From NCBI GenBank assembly GCA_965250005.1, contig OZ252279.1, forward strand, positions 1,200,001-1,232,000: DNA of 32,000 nt, given 5' to 3'. This document shows positions 20,788 to 29,280 of this stretch, piece after piece. This DNA comes from Demequinaceae bacterium. Lineage in GTDB: Bacteria > Actinomycetota > Actinomycetes > Actinomycetales > Demequinaceae. The translations under genes were made by a program, and so were the position numbers. Numbering within the stretch: the first letter of the stretch is position 1; every line of letters starts with the position of its first letter. The notes beneath the pieces were generated by a model that saw only the letters and a program-made list of their open reading frames with translations, did no database searches and was not told the origin of the DNA.

Positions 20788-22050
20788 GTGAGCGTTCAGG
20801 CCGTCCCGTCGCATGACCCCTTGGTGGTCCGTACTGTCGCTGTCGAACACCCGGGAGACCTGATCGCCGCCTTGCCGGAGCCGGGGATCTCGTGGGTCCG
20901 CCGAGGCGAAGGAATGGTTGCTTGGGGCGCCGTCGCGAGATTCGACACCGCCGGCGAAGGTCGGTTCGCCGACGCCCGAAGTTGGTGGGAGGAACTCTCG
21001 CAGCACACTGTTGTTCGCGACGACGTCCAGGTCCGCGGATCGGGACTCGTGGCATTCGGATCGTTTGCGTTCTCCGCCGCCTCGAATGCTGGCGGGACCG
21101 TGATCGTGCCGCGCTATGTGCTCGGCACGCGCGAAGGCGTTTCTTGGCTGACGGTCATCTCAGGTTTCTCTTCTATCTCGAGTCCCTCTCTAGCCGAAGC
21201 GCAGCAAGATGGAACTGCGCCCGCACCGCTCGGCGAGGTCACTGTTGGCGCGGGAGACGAGCACAGTTGGCGCGCCGCAGTCGAAGCCGCGGTGGGTCGC
21301 ATCGAGTCCGGTGACGCTGACAAGGTTGTGCTCGCTCGCGCCGTGGACGCGCAAGCGGGCGCGCCAGTGGACGTACGGGCAGTGCTTGCTCCGCTCGCTC
21401 GCGACTACCCCACGTGCTGGACCTTCCACGTCGACGGGATGGTTGGTGCGACACCCGAGCTCCTCGCGCGCGTGGACAAGGGATTGGTGACGTCTCGTGT
21501 GCTCGCCGGCACCATCAGGCCCACGGGCGACGAGCAAGCCGACCTCGCCCACGCCGCCGCTCTGGCCCGCTCCTCCAAGGACCGCGAGGAACACGAGTAC
21601 GCCGTGGACTCCGTGACCGCCGTGCTCGAGGAGCACTGCACGTCAATCAACGTGCCTGAGGCGCCGTCCGTGATCCACTTACCGAACGTCATGCACCTGG
21701 CAACCGATGTCACTGGAGTACTCGCGGAGATGACCCCGAGTCTGGCCCTAGTTGAGGCGCTCCACCCCTCGGCAGCGGTCTGCGGTACGCCAACCGAACG
21801 CGCAGCCGCACTCATTTCGGAACTCGAAACGCTCGATCGCGGTCGGTACGCCGGCCCGGTCGGATGGATGGACGCCGACGGCGACGGCGAGTGGTGCATC
21901 GCCCTGCGCGCCGCTGAGCTGTCTCGCGACGACCCGTCCAAACTGCGCCTGTTCGCGGGCTGCGGAATCGTCGCGGCGTCGGATCCGGCAGACGAGTGGG
22001 CCGAGTCCGAGGCGAAGCTCGATCCGCTACGTAGCGCGCTTCTGAACTAA
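20788..22050 (+). CDS. menF: Isochorismate synthase (chorismate-binding enzyme)
   Basis: 420 aa; GATPELLARVDKG, LAGTIRPTG, LHPSAAVCGTPTE, YAGPVGWMDADGDGEW, LRLFAGCGIV. Menaquinone gene neighbourhood. Confidence 0.88.
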   Translation: MSVQAVPSHDPLVVRTVAVEHPGDLIAALPEPGISWVRRGEGMVAWGAVARFDTAGEGRFADARSWWEELSQHTVVRDDVQVRGSGLVAFGSFAFSAASNAGGTVIVPRYVLGTREGVSWLTVISGFSSISSPSLAEAQQDGTAPAPLGEVTVGAGDEHSWRAAVEAAVGRIESGDADKVVLARAVDAQAGAPVDVRAVLAPLARDYPTCWTFHVDGMVGATPELLARVDKGLVTSRVLAGTIRPTGDEQADLAHAAALARSSKDREEHEYAVDSVTAVLEEHCTSINVPEAPSVIHLPNVMHLATDVTGVLAEMTPSLALVEALHPSAAVCGTPTERAAALISELETLDRGRYAGPVGWMDADGDGEWCIALRAAELSRDDPSKLRLFAGCGIVAASDPADEWAESEAKLDPLRSALLN

Positions 22051-22061
22051 CCCGCACGCGA

Positions 22062-22096
22062 AGATGCCCCGCGCGCTTGTCGCACGCGGGGCATCT
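22062..22096. terminator. Bidirectional hairpin between convergent menF and PDZ gene
   Basis: Perfect 12-bp inverted repeat AGATGCCCCGCG ... CGCGGGGCATCT with an 11-nt loop, immediately after the menF stop. No strong U-tract. Confidence 0.75.
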
Positions 22097-22108
22097 CGAG
22101 AGAGGTAA

Positions 22109-22924
22109 CTAGGCGGGCTGAGACTCCTCAGCGTCGACCCCGCGGAATCGCGGGCCGTCGCCGCCTCGGTCGCCGCCACGCTTCGGGCGGTCGGGCCGCT
22201 CGCCCGCATTGGGGTTCTCGGCCTGTGAGCCAAGAACGACCGACAACGTGATCGCCTCCCCGTCGCGCAGCACAGACAGGAACAGTGTGTCGCCGGGTGA
22301 AAGCTCACGGAGCCTGTCGAAAGCCTCGCGCGGAGTAGTGACGTCGACACCGTTGACCGACAGAATCACGTCACCCTCGGCAAGACCCGCCAGGTCGGCA
22401 GGCGAGCCATCGTTGACGTTGCCGATCTCGATTCCGTCCTGATCCTTGTCCTGAGGACGTTCGGGCTGTGCGCCAAGGTAGGGGCGGTCCTCCGGGTCGG
22501 GTCGGTCTTCGTGGGTTCCGGTGACAATCCGTACGGACTTCTCAACGTCGCCCTGAACTACAACGACGGTGATAGTGTCGCCCGGCTCGACCGAGCCCAT
22601 TGCCTCACGCATGGCACCACGGTCATCGAGCGCGACGCCGTTGATGGACAGCACCTGGTCTCCCTGACCAACGCCCGCGACATCCGCGGGACCGTCGGGG
22701 AGGACATCGCGAACGTAGATGGAATCGCTCCGGTGGGCGAGGCGCCATCCGATGAACGGAAGCGTCTCCGGGTCCGGGCGCTCGACGCCCTGCTCGTTTG
22801 CCGCAGGACCGGTCTCCTCGGCCGAGGCCGCGGTTGAAGTCCCTACTACTCCGAAGAGTGAGATGGCAGCCGTGGCGGCCAGCGTTGCGGGCCAGGTCAC
22901 CTTCTTGCTCATGTTGCTGATCAT
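22109..22924 (-). CDS. Secreted tandem-PDZ protein (no protease domain)
   Basis: Start trimmed to ATG at 22924 (MISNMSKKVTWPATLAATAAISLFGVVGTSTAASAEE, signal-peptide-like) with SD AAGGAGA. Two PDZ modules: IYVRDVLPDGPADVAGVGQGDQVLSINGV and IEIGNVNDGSPADLAGLAEGDVILSVNGV. Confidence 0.85.
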   Translation of the reverse strand: MISNMSKKVTWPATLAATAAISLFGVVGTSTAASAEETGPAANEQGVERPDPETLPFIGWRLAHRSDSIYVRDVLPDGPADVAGVGQGDQVLSINGVALDDRGAMREAMGSVEPGDTITVVVVQGDVEKSVRIVTGTHEDRPDPEDRPYLGAQPERPQDKDQDGIEIGNVNDGSPADLAGLAEGDVILSVNGVDVTTPREAFDRLRELSPGDTLFLSVLRDGEAITLSVVLGSQAENPNAGERPDRPKRGGDRGGDGPRFRGVDAEESQPA

Positions 22925-22982
22925 GAATGTCTCCTTGGGTTGGATCTGACACTCCTCATCAGACCAACTCTGCCTGGCGGGT

Positions 22983-23015
22983 TCCTGAAACGAACCTGGG
23001 AAACACCTGGGAATC
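22983..23015. promoter_or_regulatory. Phased 11-bp direct repeats upstream of the PDZ gene, candidate response-regulator operator
   Basis: + strand 11-mers: tcctgaaacga / acctgggaaac / acctgggaatc. The last two share a perfect 9-mer ACCTGGGAA (22994-23002, 23005-23013); the first is degenerate. Confidence 0.45.
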
Positions 23016-23021
23016 GCACTC

Positions 23022-24425
23022 CTAGTCGGCGGGGATGATCGCGTGGAAGCCGGACGCGCCGTCGAACGCGTTGACGACGTACGACATCTCCCCATGCTCC
23101 GCGTGGTGCGCGCGGATCTGAGCCACTCCGTAGCCCGCGTCGGACGCGATCGCTGCATCGCCCGATAGCAGCACAAGCTCACCCGCCCAGGTCAGCTGGG
23201 TCGCCTGCTCCTCGTTAGTCGGCACCACCCACAGCGGCACCTCGAATACGTCGAACAGCACACGCGTAACGCCGATGCGGGTTCCGTCGGGGCTGAACTC
23301 GAATATTCCGTCGATACGCTCCCACTCGATCGTGCTTGCGAACACGTACGTGCTGGTCGAGAGGGCAAGAGTCCAGATCGCCGTCTGGTCGTCCTCCCGT
23401 AGACAACTCACGAGCAACTGGCGGTCGCTCGGCCAAACGGCTGGCTCGCAGACCAGTTCTCCAGGCGGAAGTAGATGCTCACTGCGCTCATAGGCGCCGG
23501 GCTCAGCGTCCTCGGCAGTTGACGGGGCATAGGTCGCGATGCTCCATTGAGTGACGTCGTCGATAACCGCCCGCTCGCCTGAGACGAAGAGACTGCCGTC
23601 GGGCGCTTCGATAAACGTGGCACCCTCGACGGGCTCGACCGGCGTGGCGGTCACGCTTCCCGTCGGGCTCAACAACGTGATCCCGTGGGCCCCGACGCCG
23701 TGCTCCACGATGATCGTCGTTCCGTCGTTGGAGTTGGACGCCGTAGGCGCAGCCCACAATCGATCTTCGCCCTCCCCTTGCGGTCCTTGGAACGCCGCGG
23801 AGATCTGGCCGGTGAGCAAGTCGATCGAGTGCAGAGTCACGAGCGGGCTGCTCGTGGCCGTCTGCTGAGCGAGAATCGCGGTGCGGCGATCCGGCCGCCA
23901 CGCCAGCAATCGCCAGGGGGAGTCTTCTCCGAGATTCGCCGCTTCGTACAACGACCCGCTTGGATCGACAACATAAAGGTAGCGCGGCCCCGGCGTTCCC
24001 CACGTAGCGAAGCCGCTCGCCTCGATCGGCGCAGGTGCTGGTGCTGGTGCTGGTGCTGGTGCTGGTGCTGGTGCTGGCGATGCTGACGGCTCGAGAACCG
24101 TTGGCTCGTCGGGCGTGCCCTCGGCGAACTCGTGGCGAAAGAATCCCGAGCCGGACTCATATTCGACAAGCAACCAACCCGGTTTCACGGCGTCCAGCGT
24201 CTCTTGGGTCAAGGCGAGCGCGGGAAGGGGCGCGGGATGAATAACATCGTGCGCAGATGCCGATGGGCTCGGGGCGACGTCGCTCAGGTCAGGGGGTTTG
24301 ACGAAGGGCTCGGCGGTACCGCCCTCCCAACCCCAGAACGTCAGGAAGTAGATCGCGACAACGAATGCGCCAGCGAAGACGCCAGCCAGCGACTTCCACC
24401 AGCGCGAACTGCGTATCTGCGCCAC
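23022..24425 (-). CDS. Membrane-anchored hypothetical protein with Pro-Ala linker and propeller-like extracytoplasmic domain (paralog of 27011..28273)
   Basis: 467 aa, N-terminal TM (SLAGVFAGAFVVAIYFLTFWGW), (PA)n linker, WD/TolB-like strands (YLYVVDPSGSLYEAANLG, FEFSPDGTRIGV). GTG start with GGGAG SD. Confidence 0.7.
   Translation of the reverse strand: MAQIRSSRWWKSLAGVFAGAFVVAIYFLTFWGWEGGTAEPFVKPPDLSDVAPSPSASAHDVIHPAPLPALALTQETLDAVKPGWLLVEYESGSGFFRHEFAEGTPDEPTVLEPSASPAPAPAPAPAPAPAPAPIEASGFATWGTPGPRYLYVVDPSGSLYEAANLGEDSPWRLLAWRPDRRTAILAQQTATSSPLVTLHSIDLLTGQISAAFQGPQGEGEDRLWAAPTASNSNDGTTIIVEHGVGAHGITLLSPTGSVTATPVEPVEGATFIEAPDGSLFVSGERAVIDDVTQWSIATYAPSTAEDAEPGAYERSEHLLPPGELVCEPAVWPSDRQLLVSCLREDDQTAIWTLALSTSTYVFASTIEWERIDGIFEFSPDGTRIGVTRVLFDVFEVPLWVVPTNEEQATQLTWAGELVLLSGDAAIASDAGYGVAQIRAHHAEHGEMSYVVNAFDGASGFHAIIPAD
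24034..24075. repeat. Hexanucleotide microsatellite (GGTGCT)x7 encoding the Pro-Ala linker
   Basis: Seven perfect copies of ggtgct on the + strand; minus-strand product reads SPAPAPAPAPAPAPAPAP. Confidence 0.95.
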
Positions 24426-24463
24426 GGCTTCTCCCTATGTGTGCGATTCGTCCCGTCCCCAGG

Positions 24464-26074
24464 CTAACCGTCGGCGAGCACGGCCTCTACTACCTCAATG
24501 CCATTTGAGGGGCGTTGAAGCGCCCGAGAAAGATCCTCGGCAGTGGCGACCATGGCATGCGAGACTCCGAATCCTCGGCACAGCGAACCAATATCTGCGC
24601 CGTGTGGGGTCGTGAAAACTCGCTCAAAGTCACCCCCGTTTGCCCGCGCGTGCTCTAGCGTCCGAAAGATCGTCCCTCCACCGTCATTAACAACGACGAT
24701 GCGCAGGTCGGGAGTTCGCTCACGAGGACCAACGAGCAATCCCCCCGCGTCGTGAAGGAATGTCAGGTCACCCATGACGGCCGCGACCGGTGATGCCGAC
24801 GCGAGCGCGACTCCGACGGCAGTGGAAATCGTGCCGTCGATCCCGGCCAGACCGCGGTTCGCGAGCCGCCGAGTGGCTCCGACCGACGGATCCCGGGGTA
24901 GTGCGCGATCTGCCGCGCGGATCACGCCACTCGATCCGAGCACGAGCGTTCCGCCGTGCAACGAGGCATCCGTCGCGGCCACGATTGCTTCCGCCGCCCA
25001 GTCGCCGGGAACGGGGTCACGGGCCTTGAGTGCCCAGCTCTCCATCCACTCGGGATCCGCAGGCTCGGCACCGACTCGCCAGGAGTCGGGCACCACCATG
25101 AACACTTGTTCCGCATGGACCGGCGCCTCGCGCCATCGTCCACCGAACCCCGCTACCCATAGGCGCGGTGCGCCCTCGAGCAGTGCGCGTACAGCGCGGT
25201 TCAACGTGGGTCGCCCAATGACGAGCACGAACTCCACTCCCTTGGAATGAACCTGCCCCAACTCACTGGCGAGCAGGTCGGCGTACCCAGAAATGTACGC
25301 GGGCCCCGTGCGCGCGCCCGACGTCGGTTCCGCGAACACGGGCCATCCACGCGTCTGTCCAATGGTTGCGGCGACGTGCCCCGCCCCGTCCCCCGCGATC
25401 ACGATGCCTTTGCGCACGGCCGGAAGCTGGGCTGCCTGCGGTAGCCGACCCGCCGGCGCCGTGGTCGCCGTTACGGCGGGCCACCCGCCTCCGTCGGGCT
25501 CGAGCGGCTCGCGAAACTGAATGTTCACGTGCACTGGCCCCACGCCTGCAGCCTGCGCGTCACCGCCGCCGCCGTCACTGTTACCATACGACGCTGAGAC
25601 CGCCCACGCGGCGATGACGCCCGCTTCGGCGAGAAGGTCGCGGCCCCACGTGGGGGGCGCGACATCCCTCTCGCCGCCCACGAACGTGCCAAAGATCCCG
25701 CGCTGGCGTGTCGTCTGATTTGCGCCCGTCGCGCGCACCTCGAAGGGCCTGTCGGCTGTCACGAGCACGAGTGGCACTCCGGCGTGGCTGGCTTCCATTA
25801 CGGCCGGGAGGAGGTTGCCCACCGCTGTCCCGGACGTTGTGACCACGGCCACCGGCGCGAGGGTTGCCCGCGCGATTCCCAGGGCAAGGAAGCCTGCCGC
25901 TCGCTCGTCGATCCGAACGTGCAGTTCGAGAGCCGGCGCCCCCACGCGCGGCTCGTCCGCCGTCGCCTCAGCAAGCGCGAGGGCGAGTGCGCCGCTGCGT
26001 GAGCCGGGGCAGAGGACAAAATGCTCAACCCCGTTGGCCACCAGGTGCGCGACCAGCGCTCGCGCGAAGGTCAT
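24464..26074 (-). CDS. menD: 2-succinyl-5-enolpyruvyl-6-hydroxy-3-cyclohexene-1-carboxylate synthase
   Basis: Start trimmed to ATG at 26074 (MTFARALVAHLVANGVEHFVLCPGSRSGALALALAEA). ELHVRIDERAAGFLALGIA, VTTSGTAVGNLLPAVMEA, GDLTFLHDAGGL. Confidence 0.95.
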   Translation of the reverse strand: MTFARALVAHLVANGVEHFVLCPGSRSGALALALAEATADEPRVGAPALELHVRIDERAAGFLALGIARATLAPVAVVTTSGTAVGNLLPAVMEASHAGVPLVLVTADRPFEVRATGANQTTRQRGIFGTFVGGERDVAPPTWGRDLLAEAGVIAAWAVSASYGNSDGGGGDAQAAGVGPVHVNIQFREPLEPDGGGWPAVTATTAPAGRLPQAAQLPAVRKGIVIAGDGAGHVAATIGQTRGWPVFAEPTSGARTGPAYISGYADLLASELGQVHSKGVEFVLVIGRPTLNRAVRALLEGAPRLWVAGFGGRWREAPVHAEQVFMVVPDSWRVGAEPADPEWMESWALKARDPVPGDWAAEAIVAATDASLHGGTLVLGSSGVIRAADRALPRDPSVGATRRLANRGLAGIDGTISTAVGVALASASPVAAVMGDLTFLHDAGGLLVGPRERTPDLRIVVVNDGGGTIFRTLEHARANGGDFERVFTTPHGADIGSLCRGFGVSHAMVATAEDLSRALQRPSNGIEVVEAVLADG

Positions 26075-26085
26075 ATTGGGGTTAG

Positions 26086-26976
26086 TCACGCGGTCACCTC
26101 GGGGATGTACTTGCCTAGAATTCCATCCACGGGAACGAGCGAATTCGCCACAACATCTTGCGCCAACAGCGCGCCAGTACCCAGACCACAGGCGTATGGC
26201 AGTTCGGGGAGCGATCGAGCGAGCGCGAGCCCAGCAGAAAGGCCCACGGATGTCTCCATTGCACTCGACACAACCACGGGCAGTCCTGCTCGCTCGGCAA
26301 GTTCGAGGCAAGCGTGCACGCCGCCAAGCGGCGCGACCTTGAGTATCAACACATCCGCGGCTTCGGCCCCGACAACCGCCATCGGGTCGCTGGAAATGCG
26401 GATCGACTCATCCGCGGCAATGAGCACGTCGGTGCGCCTGCGCAGCGCTGCGAGATCCTCGATTGTCGCGCACGGTTGCTCCGCGTACTGCAGGCCATCC
26501 ACTCCGCCGTCTCGAGCTGCGCTGGTCAACTCCAGCAGCGCGGCCTGCGCCATATCAAGATCCCATGCGCCGTTAGCGTCGACCCGGATCTTTCCGTCGG
26601 GGCCCAGCGCCGATGCCGCCGCCGCCACCCGCTCACAGTCCATCTGCAAATCCGAGCCTGGCCCGCCCACTTTGACCTTCGCGGTCCGGCACCCGCCCGC
26701 CACGGCGAGCGCACGCGCGTGGTCGGCAGTCACGGCGGGAACAATCGAGTTGACCTCGACGACGTCGCGCACGGGCGCCGGCCAATCGCCTGCCGCCGCC
26801 TCCATCGCGGCCATCCACCACCGGCCGGACCGCTCCGCGTCGTAGTCCAAGAATGGCGAGTATTCACCCCAAGCGTCGTCGCCTGCGGCGGAGCGCCCGC
26901 GCACCAGCACCCCGCGCCGCTCCGTCAGCCCTCGAAACGGGACCGTGAGCGCAACGTGAAACGGACGAAACTCCAT
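26086..26976 (-). CDS. menC: o-succinylbenzoate synthase
   Basis: 296 aa enolase-superfamily protein: AKVKVGGPG, VDANGAWD, LQYAEQPC, IAADESIR, DVLILKVAPLGG. Adjacent to menD. Confidence 0.93.
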   Translation of the reverse strand: MEFRPFHVALTVPFRGLTERRGVLVRGRSAAGDDAWGEYSPFLDYDAERSGRWWMAAMEAAAGDWPAPVRDVVEVNSIVPAVTADHARALAVAGGCRTAKVKVGGPGSDLQMDCERVAAAASALGPDGKIRVDANGAWDLDMAQAALLELTSAARDGGVDGLQYAEQPCATIEDLAALRRRTDVLIAADESIRISSDPMAVVGAEAADVLILKVAPLGGVHACLELAERAGLPVVVSSAMETSVGLSAGLALARSLPELPYACGLGTGALLAQDVVANSLVPVDGILGKYIPEVTA

Positions 26977-26982
26977 GACTTC

Positions 26983-26988
26983 AGCCTA
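26983..26988 (-). promoter_or_regulatory. Putative -10 hexamer TAGGCT, 6 nt upstream of the menC ATG
   Basis: Minus-strand sequence TAGGCT-GAAGTC-ATG; no separate SD. Confidence 0.5.
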
Positions 26989-27010
26989 GGCCGCGTTGCA
27001 AAACTAGCGG

Positions 27011-28273
27011 TTACGGGTGAAGCAACGCCGTCGTCTCCGCGGCGCCAACCACGTAGAGCGGGAAGTCGTCGCCAGAGCCCGGCAGGAGTTCGACGGTGAC
27101 ACCGCTGTCCCAGTCAACCCACCACAGCGGGCCGTTGCCGCTCACGAGCGAGCCAGTTCCCACTGCCGCGTGACACTTCTGGTGCACGAACGGTGGCGTA
27201 AGCGTGTCGACCACATCGGCACCCGCATTCACGCCAAGGCGTTCCTCGAACCCCGACGTCTCGACCACCGTGAACGAGCTGTCCGAACAGTAACCCGTCA
27301 CGCCTAGGTAGTCGCTCGCGTCGTACCCGAGCGAGGCCTTGAACGTCTCCAGTTGGCCCGAGGCGATAACGTGCACGGCGGGCGAGCCGTCCACAGGGAG
27401 TTCGTAAACGTCGGGCATGTCGCTCGCGCTGTAGCAGGCAATCGCGACCGTCTGGCCCCGGCCCTTGCCGATCGGATAGCAGTCGGCCCCCGCGGGGGGC
27501 GGCAACATTGCGGTCGTGCCATCGGCATATACCGCCTCGAACCGGTCTTCAGGCGACGTCTCGAAGCCGGTAATCACTTGCACCTGTCCCACATCCACCA
27601 CAGAGTCGCCAAATTCGTCGCCAGTAATATTGCTGGCCAGCTTGGCTCCGGAGTCGTCGTAGAGGCCATCGATTCCGTCCCCCGAGCACGCGCCGCGGAG
27701 CACCCAGTTGTTGCCGGCAGCGAAGCCTCGGACAGAGCCGCCCTCGCCGCAGAACGTCCACGAACTAGAGACCGCGCCGGTGACCAGACTCACCACGTGC
27801 AGCTCGGAGCGGTCCTCCACGAGCAATGCCAGATCGCGCGGGCCTGACCACGCGACCAGATCAGGCGAATCCCAACCGAAAGAGTCGAGGTTCGCGACCT
27901 CGTACTGCGTTCCGTCTGGTTCGATGAGGTACAACACGGACTCGCCAGGGGTGAAGACGCCTCCATCTGTGTACGCGTCGTCGCTGTGAATGGCGAGCAC
28001 CCAACCGGCGCCGACGCCGTCGAGCGCATTCTGTGTCAAAGCGTCCGCGGCGGGGAAGTAACCCCCACTTGTCACGGGGCGAGCGACGAAGTCCGGGCCG
28101 CTGCCTCCACTCGGTTCCGTGGCCGCGGGCGTTTCAGTCGCCGTAGGCGTCGGATCGCCATCGTCGGAACCCGTCCCTCCCCACCAGCCGAGCACAACTC
28201 CCAGCAACAGCAGGATGATCAGCAGAAGAATGATGATGAGCCATGTCCAAGGGCTCTTGTGCGCCTTCGCCAT
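27011..28273 (-). CDS. Membrane-anchored hypothetical protein with Thr/Pro-rich linker and propeller-like domain (paralog of 23022..24425)
   Basis: Start trimmed to ATG at 28273 (MAKAHKSPWTWLIIILLLIILLLLGVVLGWWGG) with SD GGAAGGA. Linker DGDPTPTATETPAATEPSGG; motif VLYLIEPDGTQYEVANLDSFGWDSPDLVAWSGPRDLALL. Confidence 0.7.
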   Translation of the reverse strand: MAKAHKSPWTWLIIILLLIILLLLGVVLGWWGGTGSDDGDPTPTATETPAATEPSGGSGPDFVARPVTSGGYFPAADALTQNALDGVGAGWVLAIHSDDAYTDGGVFTPGESVLYLIEPDGTQYEVANLDSFGWDSPDLVAWSGPRDLALLVEDRSELHVVSLVTGAVSSSWTFCGEGGSVRGFAAGNNWVLRGACSGDGIDGLYDDSGAKLASNITGDEFGDSVVDVGQVQVITGFETSPEDRFEAVYADGTTAMLPPPAGADCYPIGKGRGQTVAIACYSASDMPDVYELPVDGSPAVHVIASGQLETFKASLGYDASDYLGVTGYCSDSSFTVVETSGFEERLGVNAGADVVDTLTPPFVHQKCHAAVGTGSLVSGNGPLWWVDWDSGVTVELLPGSGDDFPLYVVGAAETTALLHP

Positions 28274-28328
28274 TGTTCGCGTCCTTCCAACTATCGGGTC
28301 CAACCTAACTGTGCGAGCTGCCGGGGAC

Positions 28329-28334
28329 TAGTCT
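28329..28334 (+). promoter_or_regulatory. Putative -10 hexamer TAGTCT, 6 nt upstream of the menB GTG
   Basis: Sequence TAGTCT-cgaacc-GTG; no SD. Confidence 0.5.
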
Positions 28335-28340
28335 CGAACC

Positions 28341-29276
28341 GTGAGCAAACTGCCAAATCAAGTATCCGAAACTTTCGACCCCATGCGCTGGCGCGACATC
28401 GAGGGTTTCCCTACTGGCGACACTACCTACCACCGCGCCGTCGCGCGGGATGAGGAGGGCGAGCCGCGGGACCTTCCGGCCGTGCGCATCGCCTTCAATC
28501 GCCCTGACGTCCGCAACGCCTTTCGTCCGCAAACCGTCGACGAGCTCTACGCTGCTCTCGACCACGCGCGACAAACCGCGGACGTGGCCGCGGTCATCGT
28601 CACCGGCAACGGCCCCTCCTCCAAAGACGGCGGCTGGGCTTTCTGCTCGGGAGGCGACCAGCGGATCCGCGGAAAGGACGGGTACCTCTACGAGGAGGAT
28701 GCTAAGTCCGCACCCGCGCACGGGGGACGCCTTCACATTCTCGAAGTTCAGCGCCTGATGCGCACCATGCCTAAGGTGACCATCGCAGCGATTCCTGGTT
28801 GGGCAGCAGGCGGCGGGCACAGCCTGCATGTGGTGGCGGACCTGTCGATCGCCAGCCGCGAACACGCGCGCTTCAAGCAGACGGACGCGAACGTCGGCTC
28901 GTTCGACGGCGGGTACGGCAGCGCGCTGCTCGCGCGACAGGTGGGCGACAAACGCGCACGAGAGATCTTCTTCCTGGCTCGGGAGTACTCTGCCGACGAT
29001 GCGGAGCGTTGGGGGGCCGTCAACCAAGTGGTCGCACACGCGGATCTGGAGTCAACCGCACTCGAATACGCGGCGACCATCGCTGGGAAATCGCCGCAAG
29101 CAATCAGGATGTTGAAGTTTGCGTTCAATCTGGCAGACGATGGCCTGGCCGGTCAGCAGGTATTCGCGGGAGAGGCGACGCGCCTCGCTTACATGACAGA
29201 CGAGGCGCAAGAGGGCCGGGACGCGTTCCTTGAGGGACGGGCGCCCGACTGGCGCGACTACCCGTACGCGTTCTAG
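28341..29276 (+). CDS. menB: 1,4-dihydroxy-2-naphthoyl-CoA synthase
   Basis: 311 aa crotonase fold: AFCSGGDQRIRGKDGY, IPGWAAGGGHSLHVVADLSIASREHARFKQTDANVGSFDGGYGSALLARQVG, YMTDEAQEGRDAFLEGRAPDW. Confidence 0.97.
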   Translation: MSKLPNQVSETFDPMRWRDIEGFPTGDTTYHRAVARDEEGEPRDLPAVRIAFNRPDVRNAFRPQTVDELYAALDHARQTADVAAVIVTGNGPSSKDGGWAFCSGGDQRIRGKDGYLYEEDAKSAPAHGGRLHILEVQRLMRTMPKVTIAAIPGWAAGGGHSLHVVADLSIASREHARFKQTDANVGSFDGGYGSALLARQVGDKRAREIFFLAREYSADDAERWGAVNQVVAHADLESTALEYAATIAGKSPQAIRMLKFAFNLADDGLAGQQVFAGEATRLAYMTDEAQEGRDAFLEGRAPDWRDYPYAF

Positions 29277-29280
29277 TGCG

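Noticed and set aside
24035-24244. + strand ORF MLVLVLVLVLVLVLAMLTAREP...
   Set aside because: Antisense read-through of the GGTGCT microsatellite in a real minus-strand gene; low complexity, no SD.
26021-27099. Long + strand ORFs opposite menC/menD
   Set aside because: Antisense to conserved men genes; low-complexity composition with no domain motif.
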